Positions 26,284-39,135 are shown, counted from the first letter of the whole stretch. The stretch: 62,873 nt of DNA, filler included, from Hyphochytrium catenoides (GCA_900088475.1; 11 parts of 11 records of this genome joined end to end with filler, not necessarily neighbours in it), one strand, 5' to 3'. Program-made: numbers and translations. The notes: a model not told the origin generated them from the sequence alone.

Positions 26284-27558
26284 GTTTCTGTATCTCTCTC
26301 TTGCCTGAAGTCTTACCTAACTGCCTGCACATCTGCGACTTTGAGCATCGGATTCGAGGGAGACTCCAACCAGACCAACACCGGTCCACTGAAGTCTAAG
26401 AGATTAGAAATCCAGATTATGTGAGAGAACCAAAGTGAAGAGCACAACAAAGAGAGAGAGAGAGCAGGGAAGAGAGTGACCGAGAGACAGCAAATTGGAG
26501 AAAGAAAGCCAGAAGATAATCGACAAAAAGACGGAGAGGACGCTCTCTCCGAGCAGGAGAGACTACCGCAAAGGTAAAGCAGCAAAAGCAAAGAGACCTC
26601 ACATGCGTGAAACAACCGCGTAACCAGTGAGAGACTATCTTTGGCTTGCTCTCTTTGCTCCATATACTCTCTCTCTCTCTCTCTCTCTTTTCCTTTCTCT
26701 CTCTCTTTCCTTTCTCTCTCTCTCTGGTGCTCTTACCCTTCCTGGCCGCTTCAACCTTCCTCTGGACCTGGTCTAGGTCTCCCATGTAGACTCTCTCCAT
26801 CTGCAGTCCCCAAGCCTTGAACGTGGTTCCCATGATCAGGTGCACGGCGTGATAGCAATCATCAGACAGAATCACGCGCCCGCCAGGACAAGCTTGAAGG
26901 ATGGCCGTCGCTGCCGCCATGCCCGACCTGCAGGAGAGAGAGAGAGGAGAGAGAGAAGAGAGAGAGAGTGAGAAGGAAGAGAGAATGAGAGAGAGAACAG
27001 AGAGAGAGAGAGAGAAAAGGAGTGATTCAGAAAATGGATAGAGAGAGGTGAAAGGGGAAGAAACTAACTCGAGAGAGAGAGAGAGAGATAAAGTATGCAA
27101 GGATGATTTGGACGGATCAGTGAGAGAGAGTGGAGCGAGACTGACTGCGAGAGACGGGAGAGAGAGTATACTAGAAGAGAGAAAAGAAAGGAAAAAAAAT
27201 GGAAGGTGGACGGCATATGGAGTGAAAAGAAAAGAACTAAAGAAAGAGACGGAAGGAAAGAGAAGAATGAGGTAAGGAAAGGGAACGAGAGTGAGGACAT
27301 TGGGAAAGTAACAGAGACAGAGAGAGAGAGAGAGAGAGAGAAGTGAGAAGGAGAGAAAATGCTAACCCAAAAGCTGCCGCTCCCTTCCCTCCCTCCAGGG
27401 CGGCGACGGTCTGCTCGAGCAAGTCTCTGGTGGGATTGTTGATCCGGCCATAGATGTACCCGCGACGGTACTCCAGATCCACGTCCCGCTCGTAGGTGGA
27501 GGCCAGGGTGATGGACGGGGTTAGGGCGCCTAGAATATGGAGGAGAGAGAGAGAGAGA

Positions 27559-27591
<33 letters not shown>

Positions 27592-27720
27592 TAGAGGTAG
27601 GTAGAAGAAACGAGTAAGCATGAGGATTTGAAATTACAGAGGAAAAGACGAAAGACAGCAGGAGGACACTCAACAAGGGACGGAAAGGCCAAGAGGAAGG
27701 CATCCCACAAAAGAGAGGGA

Positions 27721-27766
<46 letters not shown>

Positions 27767-27922
27767 AGGGGGGAGGAGGGAGAGAGACACAGAGGGAAAG
27801 GGGAGAGGAGGGGGAATCGGGAGAGAGACACAGAGAGAGACAGAGAGAGAGACAGCGAGAGAGAGAGACGTTAACAAGGCAAGAGCACAGGGAGAAAGAG
27901 AGACACCTGTATCTTTCTCGAC
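25043..27922 (-). CDS. Cys/Met metabolism PLP-dependent enzyme (cystathionine gamma-synthase/gamma-lyase-like), partial at both ends
   Basis: Exons GALTPSITLASTYER..YIYGRINNPTRDLLEQTVAALEGG; SGMAAATAIL..DDCY; VWLESPSNPMLKVADV; VVDATFCTP..GADLV; HSCTKYFGGHSDLVGG (PLP lysine). Confidence 0.92.
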
Positions 27923-28361
27923 CGAGAGAGAGAGAGAGAGAGAGAGANNNNNNNNNNNNNNNNNNNNNNNNNNNNNNNNNNNNNNNNNNNNTTAATTAAT
28001 TAANNNNNNNNNNNNNNNNNNNNNNNNNNNNNNNNNNNNNNNNNNNNTTTATATATACTCTGAAAGAGAGAGAGAACAGGATGTGATGACTAGTCGTTCT
28101 ACAAGGTTATTCCGTCGCTAATTTTTCTTGGTACTAACAGATGAAGATGCAAGTACCAACAGTTGGTTGCGTGACTCTCTCTCTCTCTCTTTCTCTCTCT
28201 CTTTTTTTTTCTCTCTCCGCCTCTCCCCCTGCGATAAGAGCCGTAGTTCCTCCTTGTTCATTGACTTCTAACCCAATCTTTCCTTATCATCTATAGAACC
28301 TACCTTGTCTCACAGTCGGTTGGAGCACTATCATCTGCATCTGATTGACTCTTCTGCCCTT

Positions 28362-31324
28362 TGAGACAGTCTCAGGATTAGCCAAGACTGCGCCACGGAT
28401 CGATTGCGTGATATGAACGTATAGGAAACACACAGAAGTCCACCCGTTGTCGTAGTCCTTGGTCCCATTCCAGAGTAAGCCCCTCAATCATCTGAGATGT
28501 CTCAACCATTGAACCATCTCCAAGGGACACTATGACTGGTTCTTTTTTCATCACCGTAGGTTTACACCCCAACTGATCGACAACGCCTGGATGAATAAAG
28601 TTAAAAGTTGCACCGGAATCATCCAAAAAATCCGGTAGGACACGCCGCCATTTATTTTACTCTTAAGCAACAGACTTTCAGACCGCTTAATGTACATATT
28701 CGCCGGCTTCGTTGAACTGATGCTGGTAGTAGGTGGTAGAGATGTCTCTTTTTTTCTTGGTCCTTGCCTCTTCTTCTCAGCTCCACCTGACTGAGAAGGG
28801 CTCACTGAAAAGGGTCCTTGTCATCTTTAATCCCCTTGTCACCTTTCCTATCATTCTTTTTGCGGGGATTTTTGCTCCTCAGATGGGTCGGGAGGCGTGG
28901 CACAGTCGCGAGCGTAATGCCCGTACCCGCGGCAGCGGTAGCACTGTACCTTGCTTAATTCTTGCCATTTCCATTCCCCATTCGGTCTAGGTCCATGGGC
29001 TCCGGTCAATCCCCATTACGATTTCCTGCACCACCACCAAATTAGAACGATCACGCTGATCTGTTCTCTCTCTTGCTGGCGGTGCGTGCGTTGCGCGGGT
29101 TGGTATTAAGTGATTCCACCAGAAAAATTGCCTTCTTCTACCCCTCAGCGAGTTAGCAATGTTTTCAGAGCTTTGGACGAAGAATACAGCATCGTCTCAG
29201 GTGGCGGGACGATTGGTCCGGACATGATATGCTGTCTCTACGCGCATCCCTCCATATACTCATACAAGCGGGTGCCTTCATCGTATGATGCTAATTCCGT
29301 TGCTAGAGTGCGGAATCGAGAGGTATTATAGCGGTGCAGCGGCAATCTTGGCCCTTAGCTTGCAGTCTTCGTAGCTGATCCCGACAATGCTGCTTAGTAG
29401 TCTCCACCAAGAAACTCCCTTCGAATGAGGCGTTCAAGCTCCGCCCAAGTAGTAGTGATCGAATCTCCGCGCCGGGCGGCAATGTTGTGTCGCAAAGATG
29501 TCCACCACGTTTTAATGCGTTGCGACTTAGAAAAAGCAAAGGTTATAAGAAGGTATCACCTACATAACCTAGCCTCATCGGTGTTCGCCGCCCCAACCTT
29601 ATCGAATCGGTCAAGCCATTTTTGTAACCAATTTCTTACGTACTGTAATGTCCGGACCCTTTCCAATGAGACACCATGTGGACCAGTGCGTTGATGCACC
29701 AATAGCCTTCCTTGTCGCCTCGGTTGTTTTGCTCAGAACTGGAGCAGCGCCGCCCCACTCGGTTTTCTCTTCTCAAACGTTGTTCAGCATCGGGACAATC
29801 ATCTCTCCCATTCCTAGCAGCTTCCTCTCTTCTTCCTTCCTCTGCCATGGCTCAAACAACACTCCTTCATCCCCCCTCTATCTCTCGCTAACAGTCTTCT
29901 TCTGTCCCAACTCTTTATAGCTGACGTCGGGCTATAAAGAAGTACAACCAGCCACCCAGAGCTCTCTTAGGATAAGGACTAGACAAGAAGAAACAAAAAA
30001 AGTAGTCACTAAGCATCACTTCAAGTGTAGGTTTGTTGTTGGTTGCTACCCACCAACCGTCACTTCAAGTGCAGGGCGGCAGGTCCTGCACTTGAAGCGA
30101 ACACCGATGAGGCTCGGAGGTTATACCTTAGAATAACCCTTGCTTTTTAAAGTCGCAACCCATTAAAACGTGGTGGACATCTTTGCGACACGATATTAGT
30201 ACCGCCCGGCGCAGAGATCCGATCACCACTTGAAGGAGCTTGAAAGCCTCATTCGAAGGGAGTTCCTTGTGGGTGGCGACTACCAAAAACGAACAGCATT
30301 GTCGGGATCAGCTACCAGTGAGACAGTCTCGGGAGGACTAGCCAAGACTGCGCCCCGGATGATCGAATCTGCAGACTGATTTCTGAAGCCACGATATTCT
30401 TCAGATAATACCGGCCGACAGATACCGATAATAACGAATCCGCAAAGAGACGAATCTGAGCTGGCAGCGCAATAGTCATAAGAGCCTCACTGCAGCTTCA
30501 AGGCAGTAAGTCTAACTGTAACAGCTGCGGGACCTTGTGAAGCTTCTTACTGGCCGATTTGCGATTTAGATGAGAAGATTCTGGGATTCTCTCATGCTAA
30601 TTGAAGATGGCTGGAGCTTCACAGTGCGTTAATGAGAAGATCAGAACATGCCAGGGACTGGGAGCTGTCAGAAGGTAAGGAAGGAGCAGGAGAGGTCAGC
30701 CAGGGGAATCAAGGAGTGATGGTCAGATGGGAGAGATCTTCCGGTGTGGAGAAAAGTAGGGGGATTATGTGTGTTAAGCAGTGGAATAGGGTACACGAAG
30801 ATCTTGTAGGGATGTAGGCAAGAGCAGCAAGAGATGAGGAGATCAGAGAGAGCACAGAGAGAGAGAGAGAAAAGAAGCTAGGATAGATGATAGGAGCAGT
30901 AGGAAGTAGGAACAAGAAAGCAGTGACAGTCAGTCAGGGATTGGCTTTATCTCGGTAACGCTAACCACGCTACTTCCTGCTAAAAGGCCGGCTCGTTAGA
31001 CTTCCTACTTTGAAGCTGGAGTGAAGCTCTTCTGACTGTTGCGCTGCCAGCTCAGGTTAGTTCTCTTTGCGGATTCGTTATCGGTATCTGTCGGCCGGTA
31101 TCTGGAGCTTATTGTGGCTTCAGCAATCAGTCTGCAGATTAGATCCGTGGCGCAGTCTTGGCTAATCCTGAGACTGTCTCACTGGAGCGGCCTTCTAGCC
31201 CTAGCAGGAAATAGCGTGTTTAGCGTTATAAAGATAGAGCCAAATGACTGACACTGCTTTCTTGTTCCTACTTCCTACTCTCCTATCATCTATCCTAGCT
31301 TCTTTTCTCTCTCTCTCTCTGTGC
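28362..31324 (-). mobile_element. Degenerate, internally deleted and rearranged Ty3/gypsy LTR retrotransposon (gag + protease, LTR copies)
   Basis: Minus strand: gag-like KWLDRFDKVGAAN (~29620-29580), EPMDLD (~29002-28985), zinc knuckle CYRCRGYGHYARDC (28943-28902), protease DSGATFNFI..VSLGDGS (~28622-28515); frameshifts and stops; no RT or integrase seen. Confidence 0.85.
30319..30523 (-). repeat. ~205-bp LTR followed by putative tRNA-iMet primer binding site; partial copies at 30995-31181 (+) and 28362-28401 (-)
   Basis: Minus strand begins TGTTACAGT and ends ACTGTCTCA (TG..CA, imperfect terminal inverted repeat), followed by cTGGTAGC; 28362-28401 is the exact reverse complement of 31142-31181. 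Confidence 0.7.
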
Positions 31325-31424
31325 NNNNNNNNNNNNNNNNNNNNNNNNNNNNNNNNNNNNNNNNNNNNTTAATTAATTAANNNNNNNNNNNNNNNNNNNN
31401 NNNNNNNNNNNNNNNNNNNNNNNN

Positions 31425-32617
31425 TTTTCTCTTTCTTCCTCTTCCCTTCTTCTTTCAACTCTTTCGGCTTCCCTTTTCTCTTCTCTTCTCCTTCCTTCGG
31501 CGGAGGAGCTTTGACGGATTTCCCGACCTTCTGTTTAACCTTCTTCAGCAGCGCTGCAAAGGGAAAAGAGATTGGCCAAAAGAGTGAGAGAGAGAGAGAG
31601 AGAGAGAGGCGCACAGAGGAGAAGAGAGAGAAAGAGAGAGAGAGAGAGAAAAGGAATGAAAGAGAGCAGGGTCGAGAGTGAGTCAAAGATGCAGACATGA
31701 GGGAGGAAGAACAAGGTTACGGGCGGCGAGAAAGAGAGAAAGACAAGACGAAGAGGTAACGAATGCCAAGGACCTCCCAGGGGAAAAGAATAATCTCTCC
31801 CTCCCACTTCCATCCCTTCCCATTTGCAATCCTTCTTCTCTCTCTCTTTCTCCTTCATTGCGTTATCTCTCTCTCTCTCTTTTCTTTCTCCAAACATTCT
31901 CGCCTACCCGGTTTGCCGCCTTTCTTTTTCAGCTTGACGGCAGCTTTCGATAGCTTCTTCACCTCTTCCTTCCCGCCCTTCGGCCTGGCGGGAGAGAGAG
32001 AAAGAGAGAGAGAGAGACAGTGGTATAAATGGCGGGAAAAATACGAGAGAGAGACACATTATCACGGCACCAGCTAACTTGAAAAGAGAAGGGGTAAGAG
32101 CAAGAGAAAGAGAGACAGAAACGATCTAAGAGAGAGCGAGACACGGTGAAGAGAACCAGACGAGCCAGGGAGAGAGAGAGAGAGAGAGAGAAGCACGGTT
32201 ATAGAAGGAGAGGCTAAACTTCGTCGGGGAGCCAGAAGGCAGCAAGAGAGAGAGTCCACAGCAAAGAGAGAGAGAGAGAGCGTTGGAACAGGCCAAGCAC
32301 TTACGGCTTCTTTTCCGCTGTCTCTTTCTTCACATTTTTCGGCCCCTTCTTCGCTTCCGGTGCGCCCTTCCTCACTCTACGAGAAACAGGAGAGAGAAGG
32401 TAGAGAGAGAGAGATAGCATGAGATGGGTAGGAGAAGAGAGAGAGAGAGAGGAGAGGATTGCCTGTAGAGACACAGAGCACTGGAGGAAGACTGAAAAGG
32501 ACAATAAAATGAGAGAGAGAGAGAGGTTAGAGGCTCTCATCACCTCTTTCTCTTCCCTTCCGCTTCCACGACATCGCGCTTTCTCTTGGACACTTTCTTC
32601 GGGCCCCTCTCCCGATT
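31425..32617 (-). CDS. Lysine-rich low-complexity protein fragment, at least 4 exons, partial
   Basis: Phase-consistent GT-AG exons: NRERGPKKVSKRKRDVVEAEGKRKR / VRKGAPEAKKGPKNVKKETAEKKP / PKGGKEEVKKLSKAAVKLKKKGGKP / ALLKKVKQKVGKSVKAPPPKEGEEK. Confidence 0.55.
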
Positions 32618-33000
32618 CTGGCCAACGGCAGGGGAGAAAGAAGGGAGCTGAAGAGCAGGACGGCGAGGGTTAGCGCTAATCCGGTAGAGGGAGGGAGAAG
32701 AGAGAACGAGAGAAAGAGAGAAAAGAAGTGAGAAAGAGGGGAGAGAGAGAAGAAGAAGTAGAAGAAGAGAGGACCTCAGTGATGAGAGGCGGACGAAAAG
32801 AAGGAGAGGGATGCTGGACGCTAGACAGAGCAGAGGGAGCTAGAAGAAGACTTAAAGAAAAGACAAAGAAGGGGAAGAGTAATATATGCTGACAAGAGAG
32901 AAGAGAAAGAGTGAGACAAAGGGAGTCCATCATTGGGCGAAGGCCGAAAGAGAAAGCGGAGAGATAGCAGAGGAACGAGAGTGAGAGAGGTGAAAGAAAG

Positions 33001-33035
<35 letters not shown>

Positions 33036-33567
33036 NNNNNNNNNNNNNNNNNNNNNCGCATAGTCGCGGAGGAAAGGAGGAAACGAGAAGAGGGCGGCCT
33101 CTTTCATTCTATCTCTTCTACTAATCTGTTTCTCTTCCTCTCTCTTTGTCTCTTCCTCCTCTTGGCTTCTCTCTGTCTCTCTCTTTTCCCTTTCCCTCTG
33201 TTAGACAGAGTGTTTGAGGGGAGAGATCAAACAGGAGAAAAGAAGAGAGAGGAGTCTGACAAGCTTTGCCGTCTCAGACCCTCGGAATCCTCACGAGAGA
33301 CAGAGCGTTCCGTGGTTGAGAGATAAGAAAGACATCTCTTGCTCCGCTCATCTCCTTGCGTTAACACTCCTCCATGGCTGTCCTCCGTCTCTAGTGAGAG
33401 GAAAGAGTCAAGTCCTTGTTCTACAATCTGTCTTCCGCCGTTAGAAGCGATATGCCTCTCTCTTCTCTTCTTCTCTGTCTCCAAATGCCCCCGCTGCTTC
33501 CTGTGAGGAGAAGCATGTCAGCGGAAGAGAGAGAGAGAAGAGAAAGACAGAGCGAGCGCAGAGAGGA

Positions 33568-33647
<80 letters not shown>

Positions 33648-33891
33648 CACACAGAAAGAGAGAGAGAGAAAAGGGAGAGAGGCAGCAGGGCAACTAACTG
33701 CCTGTTAGACAGACGAAGTATCCACGCCTCTGTAGCNNNNNNNNNNNNNNNNNNNNNNNNNNNNNNNNNNNNNNNNNNNNTTAATTAATTAANNNNNNNN
33801 NNNNNNNNNNNNNNNNNNNNNNNNNNNNNNNNNNNNTTCTCTTCGTTTGAGTAGTGCATATTTCATATCTCTCTTCCTCTTTTAAAACAGT

Positions 33892-33941
33892 AGTAGTCTA
33901 CTAGTCACTCCTTAATTTTTTCTAGTAATAAAGGCCACATT
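33892..33941. repeat. 50-bp dispersed repeat, identical inverted copy at 48258-48307
   Basis: agtagtctactagtcactccttaattttttctagtaataaaggccacatt is the exact reverse complement of 48258-48307 on another scaffold. Confidence 0.9.
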
Positions 33942-35756
33942 CGGCGAAAAAAAAAATAAAAAAAAGTGATCTCAAAGCCCAAAACCTACCCGCTTGAGCA
34001 GTCGTAGAATTCGGGATAATGAAGCAGTTATATTGAATAGGAGCTAAACAACATCATGCAAATAGGCATCGGGCTGTACAGTGTACAGTAGGACAGATTG
34101 TGAGAAGGATGGGTGGGCGAACCAAGAATTGAGCTTGGCAAAATTCTAAAAAGAGGTTTGCCAAGGATTGCCTTTGTTTATCATAAAGTTAACCAGTTCC
34201 TTTTCTTGTGACTTAGTCAAAAAGGTGCTTAAAGATTTTATTCCTACAGGTGGTGGCCGCTTTTCAAAAATCAGCGTAGCGATTAACGTCCACCTCTTCT
34301 AACTGTTCGTCAAGAGAACGAGGAGAAAAAGGAACCGGAGGAAGAATTAGTAGTAGTACAAGTAGGAGTAGTAGCTTCTTCTTTATACGTAAAACAGTTG
34401 TAAAACAAGAACTGCTCGATATTCAACCCTTGACCGTGGCTACATTGCTCGTCGTACGAAACAAACGCCCGGAGTAACGCTGTTGGAAAAAAACCTTTCT
34501 GGACCCTGGATCTGTTCAACAGCTATAACCCGGCTCGGCTAGGCTCCCCGCTCGTTTGCATTATTATTGCATTGGACGAAGAAGAAGGGTGTAAATAATA
34601 TATAGAACTATTACTAGACAGACCAGTAGAACTGCTGCTGTCCGGCTCTTTGCTTCCTCCTCTTCATCTGCGTCCTTCTCCTCCTTGGAGCTCGCCGCAC
34701 ACCCCACTGTATTGTTGAAGTCCGTTGATAGCGTAGGCTTTTGGTGTATAGTGTTCAGCAGTTTGCATAAAGAAGAAGAACTGTTTTAGGTTACAGTGTA
34801 GTCATTAGAAACAGTAATCCACTGCTAGTTCTACTCACCCGTGAATAGATCATTGCTCAAGAGTTCTATTCTTTATGTTTCACTCATGATTGCTCTCGAT
34901 CTTGAGCAGATCATGCGTGCTTATCCGGTGGTGGCACTCCGTCTTTAACCCTTGAGCCTTGCTACGTGTTCTCTTAACTCGGCTCGGCTAGCTCCTGGCT
35001 CCTCTGCACGACTAGTTCTACTACAAGACCGACCAGTAGAAGCCGCTATAGGGAGCCTGCCGATCGCGATCTGATCTTCCTTTTCTGGCTTTTTCTGGTC
35101 TTACTTAACCATCCACCCGGCACTTGATTGTACTCTACTGGCTACTGGGCGGGCACTTCTGAACTTCTGACTCTCCCACCAAAAGTGCAACAGAGTGCAG
35201 TGGTGGTCATGGCTGACAATAACAAATGGGCTGTTACAGTCAGAAGAAGGGAGAAGCGTTGTGAGATTGGTGGTAGCAGCTGGATAGACAGCAGCTTGCA
35301 AGAGGAAGTGGTTGGAAGGAAGAAGGCAAGAAAGGCAGCAACACAGGAGACAAGAAGGGCACCTTAACGAGCCGCCCTGTAATGGTATCAAAACTAAGAG
35401 ACTTGTCAATGAGTAGCACATCTGGTGTCCTTCGCTAGAGAGAGGAGACCGTCGCCAGGTTGCAGGAAGGAGAGCTTCATATTATCCTGAGTAACACTAT
35501 ACTCTATCGGTAACGTAGTTCCCAAGAGAGTTGGGCGTTCGAAAAGCCCGAAGTCTATGATGGATGCTCGTCAACTCTCCATTCTCCTTCACCTGTCCAT
35601 CGTTCCAATTCCAGCGGAGGAGTCACACCACCAGTCAGCACCCCCGCCCAACCACCAGCCAACCAAACATTGACTCAAGCGCTCACCACTCAAGGCACTC
35701 CTGTGGTCGTCGTAGACGCGAACTGCAGTGGTCAATAAATAAGGAGAAGAAGAAAG

Positions 35757-36504
35757 ATGCGCTCACTTGTTAGAAGCAGCATTTTGCTGTATGCCCTTCT
35801 CTTTATGGCCTGCGACGTGAGGAAGAATTGTGTGGACGCAACTACAACGTGGGAAGACGATGTTCCCCATCACGAAGATGGACCAAAGCGCATAGTACGC
35901 AGATTGGGAGCACCTCCTAGTAGTGGTGGTGGGGGGTGGATCGGTACGAATTCTGGAGGTAGAAAGCCGATTACGATGTACTTTCCCGCTATCGCAGCTG
36001 GTGCAGCTGTCGCTGGAGGAGAAACGTTTGAAGTAAGAGAATCGTTACCGCGTGGTGCCTTTGCGGTCAATAATGATGATGGTTTGGATTATGTTGATTG
36101 GGGTTCCTCCTGCAAAGATACCCCACGGCATTCTGAAAAGGCAGTGGCCTGTGTCTATCCAGACAGACAATGCGGGTACGAACAGGAGGAGGAGTTGCTG
36201 ACGGACAATTGTTTTGGTGAATCGCTCCTTCTGACATTCTTTCTCTCCTTGACCTCACTCTCGCAGCGGCGCACGGTATAGGTGTTACACTGAGCCAGTC
36301 GTTTGGGATGACTTGGGTAACTCTGCTGATGAATTGAATATGAATGACATGGTTACCTCCGTCTGGGTGAAGACTGGCTATCTCTTGGCAGCTTACGTTG
36401 AAGGAAAAAGTGATGAACGACCCTATTGCTTCACCAGCTGGTCGAGTTTTGGAGGTCAGAGCTACAATGATCAGTTCTCAGCGGTAAAGATCATGAAATG
36501 GTAA
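35757..36504 (+). CDS. Secreted protein with C-terminal beta/gamma-crystallin-like domain; exons 35757-36175 and 36267-36504 (218 aa)
   Basis: Hydrophobic N-terminus MRSLVRSSILLYALLFMAC; intron GTACGA..TCGCAG gives VACVYPDRQCGGARYRCY..MNDMVTSVWVKTGYLLAAY..YNDQFSAVKI (two NDxxS/T-type motifs). Confidence 0.6.
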
Positions 36505-39104
36505 GAAAGTGGTGGATGTATTGTTGACGTCTCGAGGCGAGTGGCTTCTTTCCTGCCTTTTTTATGTCTTATTACTAGCTACTACTATCCCGAAAGAAGG
36601 AAGAGAAGGATGAAAAGTCCAAGAAAAAGAGGAAGGGGGAGAAAGAGGAAAAGAGAAAGAAGGAAAGAGACAACAAAGAGCTACAGCGCCTTCCTTGGTC
36701 TCCCTCATCATCGACTCGACTCCTATCTACGCCACAGAATCAGAGACAACCAACCTACTAACGAACAACTTTTGTGCTCAGGGACCCGAAGAGCTCCCGC
36801 AGCCCAAACTGCAGGGTAATTTTCACCGCACCAGTCAGTTGAGCGTCGTTGCGCTGGCAGAAGAAGTAGAAGAGCAACAACTGCTGATGATTCCAGGCAC
36901 CTTCAAGGCCACACGTTTTCTCTGTAAGAAGAAGAAAAAATGTATTATTTAGTGGTGGTGTTGAGCCAACAAGAGGATCTTCACCTTGAAGTCCAGTCCA
37001 TATCGCGTGCATAATAATAGCTGAGATGTTTGATACCCTAAGCAGGAGCAAGCTCCCCTTCTTACGATCGCCTCACCATCGCTTCACCAAAATTTTTCTC
37101 ACGGGTGACCGCGCAATTGTGCAGTTTGTGGGCCATGGAAAGACAGCGCAGTAGGGCGGCCAGACTGTTAAGGGCTGTTAGTACGGGAAAGAAGAAGATT
37201 GCCACTCACGGTTGTACGGCAAAAAGAAAGGAAATAGCCAAATGAGAGTAGTCCTATGAGTATCTCGGTCCAAGAGACCGCGGGCTCGTTGTTGTTAGAC
37301 TATAGGAGGAGGCCGGCCGCCGGCGAGCAGCCCAGCACGCAGCTCAATCATGTGAGCTTGAGGTTGCCTCTTCACTGGGACTGCTATTTCGTTCTATTGG
37401 ACGAAACCAGGAAGCCATCCTCCTTATGCAGCAGTAGTCCATGCGGCTATCAAGGTCGTCTCTGGATGAAGAGATTGTAAGTTGAAGAAATATGAGGCCT
37501 GTTGCCAGGCTGTAGGCCTGCAGCCTTGTCCCACTCGTTTAAGCAAGTCTTTGGGTGGTGCTATGGCTTGTGTCCTTGACTGTGTGCAGCAGCTTGTGAA
37601 GCTTCCATGTGACTGCTCTTCAGTGGATGCTTCCCAGCCTCATGGTCATTGGTCCCGCCTTGCTATAGCTCTTCCGCCTTCATACAAGAGTCTCTTTTGC
37701 CATTCATGAAGTCAAATGATGAAGGAGATGCGCTTCAGATTTTGAAGCGTCGATCCCTCTTCAACAGTTGGACCCCTTCTCTTGCTGATCTGGTGGAGTA
37801 TAAGGATGATAAGAATGTTGCTTCACCTTCTTCTCCTTCTCCTCTTACTATATCTGAAGATGTCAACTCTGATGCTTCCGCTCCTGATCATGATTGTGGA
37901 GAAGATAGAGCCGTTGAAGAGACCAAGGCTTTGTAGCTCTTGTCCTCTCTTCTTCTTTTTCTTGTTCTCTTTCTATCCTTCTCCTTCTTCTGCTGAGTAG
38001 TGATGGTCTGCTGAGTAGTGATGGTAGCTAACATGAGAAAAAAGAAGCTACTTGTTTCCTGCCTTCAAACCGCGCGATGCTATAGCGGGCTTCCGAGGGT
38101 GAACGGAGACGTTCTTCGTGCTCTAACATCCTGAGAGATCTAGAAGGCGATGAAGGCCATCAACCGTAGGAACTCTCTTCTGAAGATCTGTAGACTCCAA
38201 TAATCGCGATGGAACGAAGAGAGAGGAAGAAAGAAAGAGAGAATTGACAACCAAGACCACGCTGGATGAACGTACGGAGCTTGCTTCTATATGTGATAAA
38301 ATAAGCAGAGGGAATAGCGGAGAGAGACAAGAGAGAGGTTACACTTCCGATTTGTTTGAGATGAAAGGTGAGAGAGAGCTTCAAAGTGCTTAAGTGTACC
38401 GGATATCGCCCGCACTGACATCTCTCTTCTCTTCATGTTCCGCCAGCCTCCGTGGCCAAGGTTTGTCCAGCCTTGCTTTGCGTATACTCCCACACCGTTA
38501 CCCTTCCGTGACATGCAAGTAGATGAGATCTTTCTTTTTGAACTCCGAAGAGATGAGCTGTTCTTCTCAGAGAGACATGCTACTCACTATCTTCTTTCCA
38601 TTGACACTTTTGCTGCATCAACAACAAGAGACACCAATTCGTGTTCCACCACTGATTGAGATGACGGTCAGCCCTTTCGACCTTGGGGAGACTTGCTGAC
38701 TCTTGTTTCTGTGCTCTCTCTTTCTTCTCTCCAGCATCCCTCTCCTTACTACACGTTTTCCCGTTCTACTCTCCATGGTCATCATCGCCTGCTTTGCAGT
38801 TCGTTTGGTCTCGTTTTCCTTTCTGCAAGTTTCCCTCGCCCGCCTTATCTCCCACTTCGTCAAATCCCATACCCTTCTCTCTCTCTCTTTCTCTCTCTCT
38901 TCGCTCTTTATCTCCCCGTCACCGGTGCTATATACGGAGGTAGGTTGAACGTATAATAAAGAGATATGGATGTCTCTTGAGAGTCGCATCGGACGTTATC
39001 ATGATCACGAAGATAAAGATAAGCAGGAACTCAATCTATCGCAGTCCCTTTGCCTAACCGTTGGCTTTCTTACCCATTCTCTTAAGCCAAACACCTCTCC
39101 TCTT

Positions 39105-39135
<31 letters not shown>

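Noticed and set aside
1-33736. Hundreds of SLSLSL/RERERE ORFs in the six-frame track
   Set aside because: Translations of (CT)n/(GA)n microsatellites, which lack stop codons; they fall in introns, UTRs and intergenic DNA
36176-36281. Apparent frameshift or pseudogene in the crystallin-like gene using donor 36217
   Set aside because: Donor GTACGA at 36176 restores an intact frame
38440-38620. GNAT-like remnant IYLHVTEG/NGVGVYAKQGW on the minus strand
   Set aside because: Needs a frameshift and a stop, and the match is short; cannot be supported without a search
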